From positions 261,855 through 325,854 of the IMG/VR virus record IMGVR_UViG_3300003877_000001: a stretch of 64,000 nucleotides of DNA, one strand, 5' to 3'. Every line of letters starts with the position of its first letter. Position 1 is the first letter of the stretch. Below are positions 20,636 through 30,186 of the stretch, in pieces. The notes under the pieces were generated by a model, which was given only the letters and a program-made list of their open reading frames with translations, made no database searches and had not been told where the DNA came from. Both the position numbers and the translations under genes were made by a program.

Positions 20636-21200
20636 TTTTTTCTAATCTTTTATATAATCTAACACCGTTATTAATAGATGCTGAAAAATCATTAAAAAGA
20701 TGCGTTCCCTTATCATACCCATGTTTATTTATAAACATTGATTTATTATTTTTAAATGCTTTTCTAACTTTAACTTCATCTTTTTTTCTATTTAAAGCAT
20801 ATGATAATTTAGTAAAAATTTTATATTCTGCAATTGCCCAATATTGAATTTCTCTACCAAATTCTTTCATTAATTCCCAGCTTTCTTTTATTTTTAATTT
20901 AATCTTTTTAAACCATAATTTAAATTTACAGGTTTTTTTTATTTCTAATGGATTTGAAGCAAACGGATTATCTTCATACTCATTAGTAATTAATTTACTC
21001 CAATTTAACACATTTGTTGGTGTTTTAGCATTTTCATTAGCAATAGTATTTAATTCATCTACTTTACGTAGAACACTATTAAAATGTTTTTCATATGTTT
21101 CCTTATCTTTATTATATTGAATAGCATTCTTCAATCCTTTTAAAAAAACATTGTTTTTTCTTTTTTCTACCTTTTTAAAATTTCTTTTAAATATTTTCAT
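20625..21200 (-). CDS. hypothetical basic protein
   Basis: 191-aa ORF. Confidence 0.6.
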   Translation of the reverse strand: MKIFKRNFKKVEKRKNNVFLKGLKNAIQYNKDKETYEKHFNSVLRKVDELNTIANENAKTPTNVLNWSKLITNEYEDNPFASNPLEIKKTCKFKLWFKKIKLKIKESWELMKEFGREIQYWAIAEYKIFTKLSYALNRKKDEVKVRKAFKNNKSMFINKHGYDKGTHLFNDFSASINNGVRLYKRLEKIGY

Positions 21201-21267
21201 AATTATAAGTTTTTATATTTTATTATTATTAACTATAAATAGTCATAACTTCTGAAACTAGATTAAT

Positions 21268-22644
21268 TTAAAGTTGTAATTTTTTTTCTATCACACTTTC
21301 ATAGAAATTTGCTCGATTATTTGTTACATTTTTTAAGTTGTATTTTACGCTGAATGTATCATATAATCCTTGACCAATTTTATTTCTATACTCTTCATCT
21401 AGAATTAATTTCTTTAATGCTTTGTACCAATACTTATCTGTATTCTTTTTATTTGGAATTAATACACAATTCACACCATCAACACCATCAACATTATATG
21501 GTGGAATATCTGTTGTAACAACAGGTATTTTTCTACTCCAACATTCTACTTGTTTTAGATTAGACTTCATCTTATTAAACATATTATCTGCAAGTGGTGC
21601 AATTGATATATCTGTTTCATTTAAAACTTCAGCATAAATATTAGCTTTTCTTGTCCAACGTCTAGCATATCTATCTTCGTTTGGATATGTATCTCTTTCA
21701 AATTTATCCAACCATTTAAGATATTCCTTATCAGTTATAAGATAATGATTATTTGTTAATATTTTTTCATATTCAAGATATACAGATTCTACCGATTTAA
21801 TATCTCTTTTATTACTATGAAATATATTATCTTTAAATCTTTCAATTAAGTCAGCAGGTACATTAGGTATTTTATTAATATCACCACCACTTTTATTTAT
21901 TGCTTTTACCATTTTACTATCCCAAAGTCTTCTTTTTTGAAGTTCTTTTCCAAAATCTTCATTAAACTTAACATCTGTTGTTGTTCCTTGGGTATCCCAA
22001 CCAGCAACAATTATTTTAAATTTACCTTTAGTTTGTGAATCTGCTTCAAGCCTATTTATAGCACCAACTAATTGTTGAACATCATTCATGTGTGATGAAC
22101 CAGCCATATAAGATATTCTAACAAGACCATCTGGATCTGGTTTTCTTTTATCTCTAAATTGTTTCATCCAAGTAGGATCAACAGAGTTAGGAAAAACCAT
22201 AACATTATCTTTAGCTGTAATTTTTTTTATCTCACTAGCAAATAAATCACTTGTAGTGGTAACAAAATCAGCTAGTTTAATATTATCAACAATATCTTGA
22301 TGTAATTTTTGATCGATTGATGCTCTATAAAATGGGTGTGTTTTATCTAAATGCCAGTAATCATCAATATCCATAACCATGATTACACCAGCAGCACTTA
22401 ATTCATTTTTAAGTTTAATCATATTATCAACACCACCAATAAGTTGTCTATGATAATTAATTATATGAAAACCCTTTAAATATTCAACAACATTAGGGTC
22501 ATTAAAATCTAAATCTGAATTTATTTCTACATGGAATTTATCTGAGTGATCTCTTTCTAATTGAATTGCAGGGGTATTAGTTCTGAAATAATTAACACCA
22601 GCAGCATCTTTGTTGTGAAATAATATTTTAATTCTATCATCCAT
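21268..22644 (-). CDS. GT-B glycosyltransferase (GT4-like)
   Basis: AGVNYFR..P, MDIDDYW, DISIAPL..N.FNKMKSNLKQVE, PVVTTDIPPY. Confidence 0.85.
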   Translation of the reverse strand: MDDRIKILFHNKDAAGVNYFRTNTPAIQLERDHSDKFHVEINSDLDFNDPNVVEYLKGFHIINYHRQLIGGVDNMIKLKNELSAAGVIMVMDIDDYWHLDKTHPFYRASIDQKLHQDIVDNIKLADFVTTTSDLFASEIKKITAKDNVMVFPNSVDPTWMKQFRDKRKPDPDGLVRISYMAGSSHMNDVQQLVGAINRLEADSQTKGKFKIIVAGWDTQGTTTDVKFNEDFGKELQKRRLWDSKMVKAINKSGGDINKIPNVPADLIERFKDNIFHSNKRDIKSVESVYLEYEKILTNNHYLITDKEYLKWLDKFERDTYPNEDRYARRWTRKANIYAEVLNETDISIAPLADNMFNKMKSNLKQVECWSRKIPVVTTDIPPYNVDGVDGVNCVLIPNKKNTDKYWYKALKKLILDEEYRNKIGQGLYDTFSVKYNLKNVTNNRANFYESVIEKKLQL

Positions 22645-22736
22645 ATTTTATAATTTTTTATAATTTATTATAAATACGATGAAAATTTTAAAAATCACAA
22701 TTTTTATCAAAAATAAATGATTTATTTTAAAACAGC

Positions 22737-22769
22737 AAAACTCGGTACATATCTTGATGTATCGAGTTT
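22737..22769 (-). terminator. hairpin / putative terminator
   Basis: AAACTCGGTACAT-ATCTTG-ATGTATCGAGTTT. Confidence 0.55.
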
Positions 22770-22807
22770 CGAATCCTTTTCTTCCTTATATGGTAAGATA
22801 GAGAAAT

Positions 22808-23212
22808 TTATATTTCTTCTTTTACTGTTACAGTTGATTCTGTTTTCTTTTTAGAAGTCATTTTCTTTTTTGGAACTGGTTCTGTTTTAATTTTAGTTGA
22901 AATATGTTTTTTTATTGGTTCACTTTTAATTTTAGTTGATATTGGCTTCTTTACTGGTTTCTTTGCACTAGGCTTTTGAAGTCTATTGAACTCATTTTCA
23001 CTTATTTCAATAACATTAATTAATTGTTTTGCTCTTAGACTTTGAATTGAAACTGGTAATTTTCTACATGAAAGAACAATTTCATTATCAGCATTTAATT
23101 CATGATATTTTTTTTGAAAACCAACATGATATTCGATTTTCACTTTCATATCTTTATTAATGTGTCTCTTAGGTAATTTACCTGTAACATTCTTTATTTT
23201 ATAATATGACAT
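22808..23212 (-). CDS. hypothetical protein with Lys/Pro-rich tail
   Basis: KKPVKKPISTKIKSEPIKKHISTKIKTEP repeats. Confidence 0.65.
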   Translation of the reverse strand: MSYYKIKNVTGKLPKRHINKDMKVKIEYHVGFQKKYHELNADNEIVLSCRKLPVSIQSLRAKQLINVIEISENEFNRLQKPSAKKPVKKPISTKIKSEPIKKHISTKIKTEPVPKKKMTSKKKTESTVTVKEEI

Positions 23213-23224
23213 ATTTTTATATTT

Positions 23225-24076
23225 TTAATTTAAACCTTGTACCATAATATCACCATACTTAATACCATCATAACCCATCTGTTTTGCTTTTTCAGCAACA
23301 GCACGATTAATAATACTATCAGTACTTACATTATGATTTTTTGAAATTTTATTAAAATCAATATTAGGAAACCAACTATTCGCTAATACTGAAACAGGAT
23401 TAATATCACTTTTAAATGTTAAATCTAAATCATTTGTATTGAGAATATTATCAAATTCCATTTCATATTTATTATATCCATCAACAGGTTTTAATGAAAA
23501 GAAGTTTCCAACCTTTGAAATTTCACTAATTTCATCTCTTCTATAACCTGTTATTTTCTTTGGTTTTTTACCAGATGTTTCATCGTGTAAAATTTCTTTA
23601 TCATCATCTTCTAATTCACCTTCTAATGTTGTTAAAAAATCACCACCATCAGTACCTTCAGAATCAATATCATTCATTCCGTTAATTTGATCTTGTGCAA
23701 CTACTTCCATTACACTTTCTTGATTTTCATATTCAAAAATGTCCTGTATTTTATTTAATAATCTTATGGCATCTTTTTGCGATAACATTATTTGAAGTGC
23801 TTTAATTGGGACTGCACGACTTAATGCAGCAACATATCTATGATGCCCATCTAACACTTTCATTTCTTTTGATATCCAAATAGGTTGAACATTATCCATA
23901 TCTATTTGAGATACTTTATCTTGTGCTACTATTCCTTGTGATGGTATTAATTCATCTGGATCAATTTGAAGATACTTATAATCAACACCTTCCTTATCTA
24001 ACATATTTAATGTATAATTAAAAGGAGCGTTCACTTGGGGTAACCACATTGGTTTATAACGTAGGTCTATACTCAT
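23225..24076 (-). CDS. ParB/Srx-like domain protein
   Basis: LIPSQ...PIWISKEMKVLDGHHRYVAA. Confidence 0.7.
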   Translation of the reverse strand: MSIDLRYKPMWLPQVNAPFNYTLNMLDKEGVDYKYLQIDPDELIPSQGIVAQDKVSQIDMDNVQPIWISKEMKVLDGHHRYVAALSRAVPIKALQIMLSQKDAIRLLNKIQDIFEYENQESVMEVVAQDQINGMNDIDSEGTDGGDFLTTLEGELEDDDKEILHDETSGKKPKKITGYRRDEISEISKVGNFFSLKPVDGYNKYEMEFDNILNTNDLDLTFKSDINPVSVLANSWFPNIDFNKISKNHNVSTDSIINRAVAEKAKQMGYDGIKYGDIMVQGLN

Positions 24077-24998
24077 TTTCTAATTTATTTTCTAATATTT
24101 TTTCAATGCTATTATATTCATAATATGGAATTCTAATTAAATGAATATTATTTTTTATTGAAAATTCGTTTTTTAATTTATCATTTATTTGTCTTTCTTT
24201 AAATCCCTTAAAACCCCCAAATATTTTTACTACTTCAAAATGTTGTTTACCATCATATTCAATTAAAATATTTCTATTGGGTAAATAAAAATCAAACAAT
24301 AAATTTGATTTATTTATACAACCGTCAAATTTTTTTTGACCATTAAATACAATACCTCTTTTTACTAAATACTCTCTAATTCGTTTTTCACCTTTAGATT
24401 CCCTACATGTTGGACATCCTTGACCAGATAAATGTGAATTTGGTGTTTGTTTAAATATTCCATGTTTTAAACAAATAATTTCAACTTTTGTCATATAATT
24501 ATAATATGACGAATTATCGTAATTATATTTATCACCATGTACTTCCTTTGCTTTTTTAATGAATTCTTCTTTTGTTAATGAAAACTTATCACTTAAAATA
24601 TCTTTACCACATTTTAAACAACCATGTCTCATATGATTATTAGGTGTTTGTTTAAACATTCCATGTTCTAAACATATTATATTAACTTTCGTATTTGAGT
24701 TGATGTATTCAACTAAGGTATAATCATATTTATCACCATGTACTTCCTTTCCTTTTTTAATAAATTCTTCTTTTGTTAATGAAAATTTTTTTGATAAAAT
24801 TTCGTTTCTACATTTAGAACAATTACTTCCTGTGTAATGATTCTTAGGATAAACACTAAATAATCCATGTTCTGGACATATAATATCAATCTTAGTACTA
24901 ATATTAATATATCTAACTAAAGAATAGTCATATCTATTACCATGTATTTTTTTTGATTTTTCTATAAACTTTTCATTAGTAAGTCTTTTCACTATCAT
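24054..24998 (-). CDS. free-standing homing endonuclease (3 Zn-binding DUF723-like repeats + Vsr/PD-(D/E)xK-like nuclease)
   Basis: FIxKxKxxHGxxYxY...IICxxHGxF...CxxC x3; SKGE; FDFYLP...IEYDGKQH. Confidence 0.8.
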   Translation of the reverse strand: MIVKRLTNEKFIEKSKKIHGNRYDYSLVRYINISTKIDIICPEHGLFSVYPKNHYTGSNCSKCRNEILSKKFSLTKEEFIKKGKEVHGDKYDYTLVEYINSNTKVNIICLEHGMFKQTPNNHMRHGCLKCGKDILSDKFSLTKEEFIKKAKEVHGDKYNYDNSSYYNYMTKVEIICLKHGIFKQTPNSHLSGQGCPTCRESKGEKRIREYLVKRGIVFNGQKKFDGCINKSNLLFDFYLPNRNILIEYDGKQHFEVVKIFGGFKGFKERQINDKLKNEFSIKNNIHLIRIPYYEYNSIEKILENKLENEYRPTL

Positions 24999-25050
24999 AA
25001 ATACTCACTAATTGTTTTTTATTTAAACACTTTTGATTATATCTCATAAA

Positions 25051-25908
25051 TTATCCAGTACTATCAATAAAATTGATATCTTTAATGGAAATTTTTTCAG
25101 GTGATTTATATGATTTGCTTCTTGCTCTATGAGTATAAACGAAGAATCCATTTTTATCCGCACCTAAACTAACCCCATCAATTTTTTGTGTTTTATTTTT
25201 TAATTCTTCTGATTTAATTAATCCATGAAGATAACCACCTTCCTTATATTTACTACCAGATGAAATATATGGTAATATCTTTTCTTTCATTTCTTTTGAA
25301 ATTGATTTTGAACGTTTTAATGATTCTTTTGGGTTTACTTTAGATTCATTAATTAATATTTTCAACTCTTCAGAAATTATTTTATTTAACTTATTATTAG
25401 ATTCTACTAATGCAAAACTACCATCAGTAACACGATAAACATTAATCTGATATAGGTCACCTAGTTCTTCTTTCATTTTTGCGAAAACTACCATTTCCTT
25501 TTCTCTATCATCATAAACATTTATCGTATCTACATCTGGATATCGATTAAGATATTGTCTTATTCGATCATCTTTCTCACCCCCACCTTGTTTTAAAGAT
25601 AATTCATCAAACACAATATTGTGTGATTGTAATATCTTTTCTATTTCAGGTTGTAGTTTTTTTAGTCGTGAAGTGAGCATAATTGTTTTGGTGTCACTCT
25701 TAGTCGTATCACTTCTAAATTGGTTTAAAACACTTGGGATTGGGTTTATCTTAAATACTTTCATATTTAAGCTGTCAGGTCTACCCCACCATCCAACATG
25801 TGGATAATCTTTACCTGTTTTTGTTTTCCATAATTTCTTACCTTCATCAGGCATTGGTGTATCCATAAGAGTACCATCAAAATCATAAAAGGATAATGTT
25901 GTTATCAT
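25051..25908 (-). CDS. HAD phosphatase (Swiss-Army-Knife/PNKP RNA-repair-like) plus C-terminal extra domain
   Basis: FYDFDGTL, GWW, MLTSR, GEK, VYDDR. Confidence 0.8.
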   Translation of the reverse strand: MITTLSFYDFDGTLMDTPMPDEGKKLWKTKTGKDYPHVGWWGRPDSLNMKVFKINPIPSVLNQFRSDTTKSDTKTIMLTSRLKKLQPEIEKILQSHNIVFDELSLKQGGGEKDDRIRQYLNRYPDVDTINVYDDREKEMVVFAKMKEELGDLYQINVYRVTDGSFALVESNNKLNKIISEELKILINESKVNPKESLKRSKSISKEMKEKILPYISSGSKYKEGGYLHGLIKSEELKNKTQKIDGVSLGADKNGFFVYTHRARSKSYKSPEKISIKDINFIDSTG

Positions 25909-25918
25909 AATTCTTTAT

Positions 25919-26299
25919 TTAAAGGTAACCAACTTCTGCAACTTTTCCACTTAATTCGATTGCGAATTGAATTGGTTTCCAATTAGTTATTTTATTTGAC
26001 ATAAAAGGTTTTCCACCTTCTTTTCTATTAACAGCTATTGTTATGTGTGGTATTACATTATCAGTAGGTACAATGGTTTCTACCATAGCTGCCATTGCTA
26101 AATCAGACATACCTATCTTAACAACTCTTAGTTGTGCTGTCATACCTAAATATTTTTCATATTCTTCTTTAATTTCACCCATGTTAAGTGTCATATGGTG
26201 TGCCACATTTTCCCAACCTTCAGGAATTTCAGAATATTGTAATAGCTTTGTTCTAGATGGTTCATCTAAAACCAATGCAGTATATGAAACCTTACCCAT
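25919..26299 (-). CDS. 2H phosphoesterase (2',3'-cyclic phosphodiesterase-like)
   Basis: Two HxT motifs, HHMTL and PHITI. Confidence 0.8.
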   Translation of the reverse strand: MGKVSYTALVLDEPSRTKLLQYSEIPEGWENVAHHMTLNMGEIKEEYEKYLGMTAQLRVVKIGMSDLAMAAMVETIVPTDNVIPHITIAVNRKEGGKPFMSNKITNWKPIQFAIELSGKVAEVGYL

Positions 26300-27408
26300 T
26301 ATTTTATTTCGTTATATTTAACAATTCGTACTCTTTCGTTACCAACAACATCAATTACCTTAATTTTTAATTCTTGGTCTGTAATATCAATGAAAAATGG
26401 TTTTGTATATTCTTTAAATTTATCAACATTATTTAGTTGAACCATTATTTTACTTACACCTGATTTATTATCTATTGCAGTTAATGTTATTTTTCTCAAA
26501 TTTGTTAATTCGTTTTTTATGATTTCTTCATTAACAAAAATTTCTGGTGGTATTGCATCTAAATAAAATTCAAATATATTTTCATTTTCTTTATTATTAA
26601 TCCAATCATTAGAAAAATACCACAATATATGTTCACCATCATTTAGTTTATTTAATTTTATCGGTTCAATATATTTTATAAATTCTGTACTATCAAAATT
26701 ATAATATGTTGAATTTACACCAACACCATCAATATCTTCACTAATTAAATTTATCACATCATTAGGTGATAGTAATATATTAACATCCCCTATATATGTT
26801 TTTGGTGGTGAATTGTCAATCCCAAAATTAAAATTATTATTATCATAGTCATACGATAATTCACTAATTTTTTCTACATTACCAACATTATCAACACTAT
26901 AAAACTTTAAATCAATATCAATACCAGCCTCAAATATAATAAAATTTTCATATAATGTAAAGTTTTTTCCATTAATTGAGTAATAAATTTTATCAACACC
27001 AGATAATTCATCTTCTCCAACTAATTCAATTTTTAAATCATCACCATAATATCTTTTACCTCTAAAAACATATGTTTCTTTAGAAATAAAATTTACCTTT
27101 GTTTTTGGTGCTTTACTATCTGCATATATTTTCCATATTTGTTCTCCAAATGGATAAACATATTTACCTGTTGAATCCATTTCCCATTTAGTTCTTAAAT
27201 AGTTTATTCCTTCGGTATCTAAATAAAAGGGTTTTTTTAACATTACACCATCTAAATTTGGTGATGATAATGTAATATATATGGGGAGTTTTTTATTCCA
27301 AAATATCTTTTCCCCATCAACATATGATTTTTCTATTTCTGTATGTTGTATTTGTGCTAAACCTATATTAGATAATAGTAAAAATATAATAAATAATATA
27401 TATTTCAT
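26299..27408 (-). CDS. secreted protein with OmpL47-like Ig-like repeats
   Basis: Signal peptide ending A-Q; DSKAPKT...DELSGVDKIYYSING...FYSVDNVGNVE repeated ~3x. Confidence 0.65.
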   Translation of the reverse strand: MKYILFIIFLLLSNIGLAQIQHTEIEKSYVDGEKIFWNKKLPIYITLSSPNLDGVMLKKPFYLDTEGINYLRTKWEMDSTGKYVYPFGEQIWKIYADSKAPKTKVNFISKETYVFRGKRYYGDDLKIELVGEDELSGVDKIYYSINGKNFTLYENFIIFEAGIDIDLKFYSVDNVGNVEKISELSYDYDNNNFNFGIDNSPPKTYIGDVNILLSPNDVINLISEDIDGVGVNSTYYNFDSTEFIKYIEPIKLNKLNDGEHILWYFSNDWINNKENENIFEFYLDAIPPEIFVNEEIIKNELTNLRKITLTAIDNKSGVSKIMVQLNNVDKFKEYTKPFFIDITDQELKIKVIDVVGNERVRIVKYNEIK

Positions 27409-28085
27409 TAATTAAACTCTTTTTTTATTTTCTTTTTTATTTGCTCCAATTCTTTTTTTAATCTTGGATTTAAATTTTTTCCACCTTTGATTACTGTTAT
27501 TGAATCAAGTCTTGGCTGTCCAATTATAACTTCACCGTTTTCTCTTACATATATAGAAATAAGATTATATTTATCTAATCTAGTAATGTAATTACCTGCT
27601 GGTAAATTTTCAAAAGTTGATGCTTCTATTGGTACTTTTACTTCTGGAACTGAAGTTTTGTCTTTTTTTACTATTTCATCACTTTCGCCTGATAATTTTC
27701 GTATTCTATCCAATTCTTTTTTTATACGATCAATTTCCGAAAGTAACTTTTTTTTTAGTTTATCGTTTTCTTTTTTTTTATATTCATAAGCAAGACTTTC
27801 CATCTTATCTGCTCTTTCATCTAATGAATCTAATTTAGATATTAAAGATAATTTTGTTAATAATATTTTATCTAAAATACTATTAACATTTTCCTTATTT
27901 TCATCAAAATCAATATTTAAATCTCTTGCTAATTGAATTATTGAATCTTCCTTTGTTAAAATACCACTAGAAAATTCAACATTTCTATCCTCATTAACCA
28001 CTTCTGGTGATTTATCACAAGATATTAGTATAATAAGAAGACTATTTACTAAGAAGTATTTCCAGAACTTTATCAACTCTTTCAT
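27408..28085 (-). CDS. lipoprotein with coiled coil
   Basis: Lipobox-like LLIILISC-D; long heptad region. Confidence 0.6.
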   Translation of the reverse strand: MKELIKFWKYFLVNSLLIILISCDKSPEVVNEDRNVEFSSGILTKEDSIIQLARDLNIDFDENKENVNSILDKILLTKLSLISKLDSLDERADKMESLAYEYKKKENDKLKKKLLSEIDRIKKELDRIRKLSGESDEIVKKDKTSVPEVKVPIEASTFENLPAGNYITRLDKYNLISIYVRENGEVIIGQPRLDSITVIKGGKNLNPRLKKELEQIKKKIKKEFN

Positions 28086-28359
28086 TAGTTTTATCTATTT
28101 TATCATTTAATTTAGTATTGGCATCTTGAATATTTTCTAATTGTTGTAAAAGCAACTCATAGTTTACCCCTTCAAGATTTTTAACCCTTCCATTTAGTTC
28201 AGCATAATTTTTATCATGTTCATCATGACGATAATTACTAACCATGTAATTACCAATACCAGTTCCTATAACAGCAACAATAAGTATTACATTATACCAA
28301 TTTCCAATCTTATTGAACATACCTTTTACACCGCTATTTATCTTTTCTGTCATTATCAA
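28042..28359 (-). CDS. single-TM coiled-coil protein (i-spanin- or holin-like)
   Basis: WYNVILIVAVIGTGIGNYMV followed by heptads. Confidence 0.55.
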   Translation of the reverse strand: MIMTEKINSGVKGMFNKIGNWYNVILIVAVIGTGIGNYMVSNYRHDEHDKNYAELNGRVKNLEGVNYELLLQQLENIQDANTKLNDKIDKTNERVDKVLEILLSK

Positions 28360-28401
28360 ATATTTAATTAAGAATAATATTATATTCTAATATAAATACC
28401 T

Positions 28402-30186
28402 TTATGATTTAGGATTATTCAATAAATTAAGTAAATCTTCTCTATTATTTTTTATTTTATCACCATAAACATTTATTAATGCTGACCTAAGACCATCACC
28501 AATTTCTTTACCTTTAAGACCCATCTCCATTAAATCATTACCATTAACAGCTAACTCTCCAATTGATTTAGGGTATAAACCCGAATCTAAATCTACAATA
28601 CCTCTTTTCAATTTTTCTGGAAGAATTTGACTATTAAGTGATTCTGGTGATTTAGTAAACATGTTATGTGCAACTACACGATTTTTTACATTATCATTAC
28701 TTACATTAGTGAATCCATTTGATAAGGCTTCAATCTCTTTAACTGTTGGTATATCACCTTTCAATGTTTTTCTAAATACTTCTGCTGGATTATCTAATTG
28801 TCTTGTTAATAAGTAAATAAATTCACCCATTGTATTTACTTTATTAAATGGACTTTCATCAATAATTGATTGATCTAAATCAACACCAAACATATTTTGA
28901 AATAATCCAGTATTTTTTAATAATTGTGCTCCAACCTTTTTATCACCCTTAGTTACAATTTTTTCTAATTCAATAAACATTCTTTCACCTGCAATTTCTT
29001 TAATCTTAGGTGCGTTTTGTTTAATTAAATCCATTGTATGTGGTTCGATTGTGAAACCAAACCTAGATGCGAATTGAACACCTCTAAGCATTCTAAGAGG
29101 ATCATCAGCAAATGCTTCTGGATTAACAACTCTAATAATTTTATTTCTTAAATCATCCTGACCGTTATATGGGTCAATTAAATTACCGTTAACATCTTTT
29201 GCAATTGCATTAATTGTAAAATCTCTTCTTTTTAAATCATCTTCAATAGGTAATTCGTGATCTGATTTTACATCAAATCCTTTATGTCCATCACCAACCT
29301 TTTGTTCTGTTCTAGGAATTGCAATATCAATATCATCGGTTGCACCTTTAGGTACAAACTTAATAACACCAAATGACTTACCTACTGCATCTACTTTACC
29401 GTATTTAGTTAATAGTCTTTCTAGTTTATCCATAGGTATTCCAGTAATAAGAATATCTAAATCTTTAGAATCTTTTCCTAAAAATTTATCTCTTACTGCA
29501 CCACCTACTGAAAATATTTTACCACCAAGTTTTTCAATTTCTTGTTTGAATGGTAAATCTTCTAAAGACATTATATTTGCTTCTTTAATCATATTTTTCT
29601 TATACGTACTATTCGACTCTTGGGTTACACTATTTACTTGTTCCCATATACATCTATGAAACTTATCATAATCCATGTTACTTAATTTAAGTGTAGGATT
29701 AACCTTTATTGTTAAATTCATATTTAAAGGTTTATTAAGTATTTTTGCTGCATAATATCTATGATGTCCATCTTGGATATAAAACCCTTCACTCCAACCA
29801 TTAGGTTTATCATAATCAACTTCAATTGGTTCTGACAAATCAACAGATTGTGCATATTCGATATCTGATAAACCCTTTTGTTCTATTTCCCATTTAACAT
29901 TTTCCAAATCATTTCTCCATCTAACCTTTAATTCATTTGGCATTATGGTATTTTTTTCTTGAGTGAATCCAAATGCCCATTGATCAAATAAATCATCAGG
30001 TAATCCACCGCTTCTTAATAAATCTTCATCACTCTTAAATTTTTTTAAATAGTTTGATACGTAATCAGGTATTTCAAGTTTTTCACATTCATTATTTTCT
30101 TCATTTATAGTATTTTCATATAAACTACTTCCTGAATCAGTTACATCTTCTCTTGTATGATTAGCAGGATATGTATTTTTTACCAT
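28402..30186 (-). CDS. cca: ParB-like domain fused to class II tRNA nucleotidyltransferase (CCA-adding), no HD domain
   Basis: IQDGHHRY; SVGGAVRD, DLDI, VGKSFGV, RTE loop, RRDFTINA, DDPLRMLR. Confidence 0.85.
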   Translation of the reverse strand: MVKNTYPANHTREDVTDSGSSLYENTINEENNECEKLEIPDYVSNYLKKFKSDEDLLRSGGLPDDLFDQWAFGFTQEKNTIMPNELKVRWRNDLENVKWEIEQKGLSDIEYAQSVDLSEPIEVDYDKPNGWSEGFYIQDGHHRYYAAKILNKPLNMNLTIKVNPTLKLSNMDYDKFHRCIWEQVNSVTQESNSTYKKNMIKEANIMSLEDLPFKQEIEKLGGKIFSVGGAVRDKFLGKDSKDLDILITGIPMDKLERLLTKYGKVDAVGKSFGVIKFVPKGATDDIDIAIPRTEQKVGDGHKGFDVKSDHELPIEDDLKRRDFTINAIAKDVNGNLIDPYNGQDDLRNKIIRVVNPEAFADDPLRMLRGVQFASRFGFTIEPHTMDLIKQNAPKIKEIAGERMFIELEKIVTKGDKKVGAQLLKNTGLFQNMFGVDLDQSIIDESPFNKVNTMGEFIYLLTRQLDNPAEVFRKTLKGDIPTVKEIEALSNGFTNVSNDNVKNRVVAHNMFTKSPESLNSQILPEKLKRGIVDLDSGLYPKSIGELAVNGNDLMEMGLKGKEIGDGLRSALINVYGDKIKNNREDLLNLLNNPKS

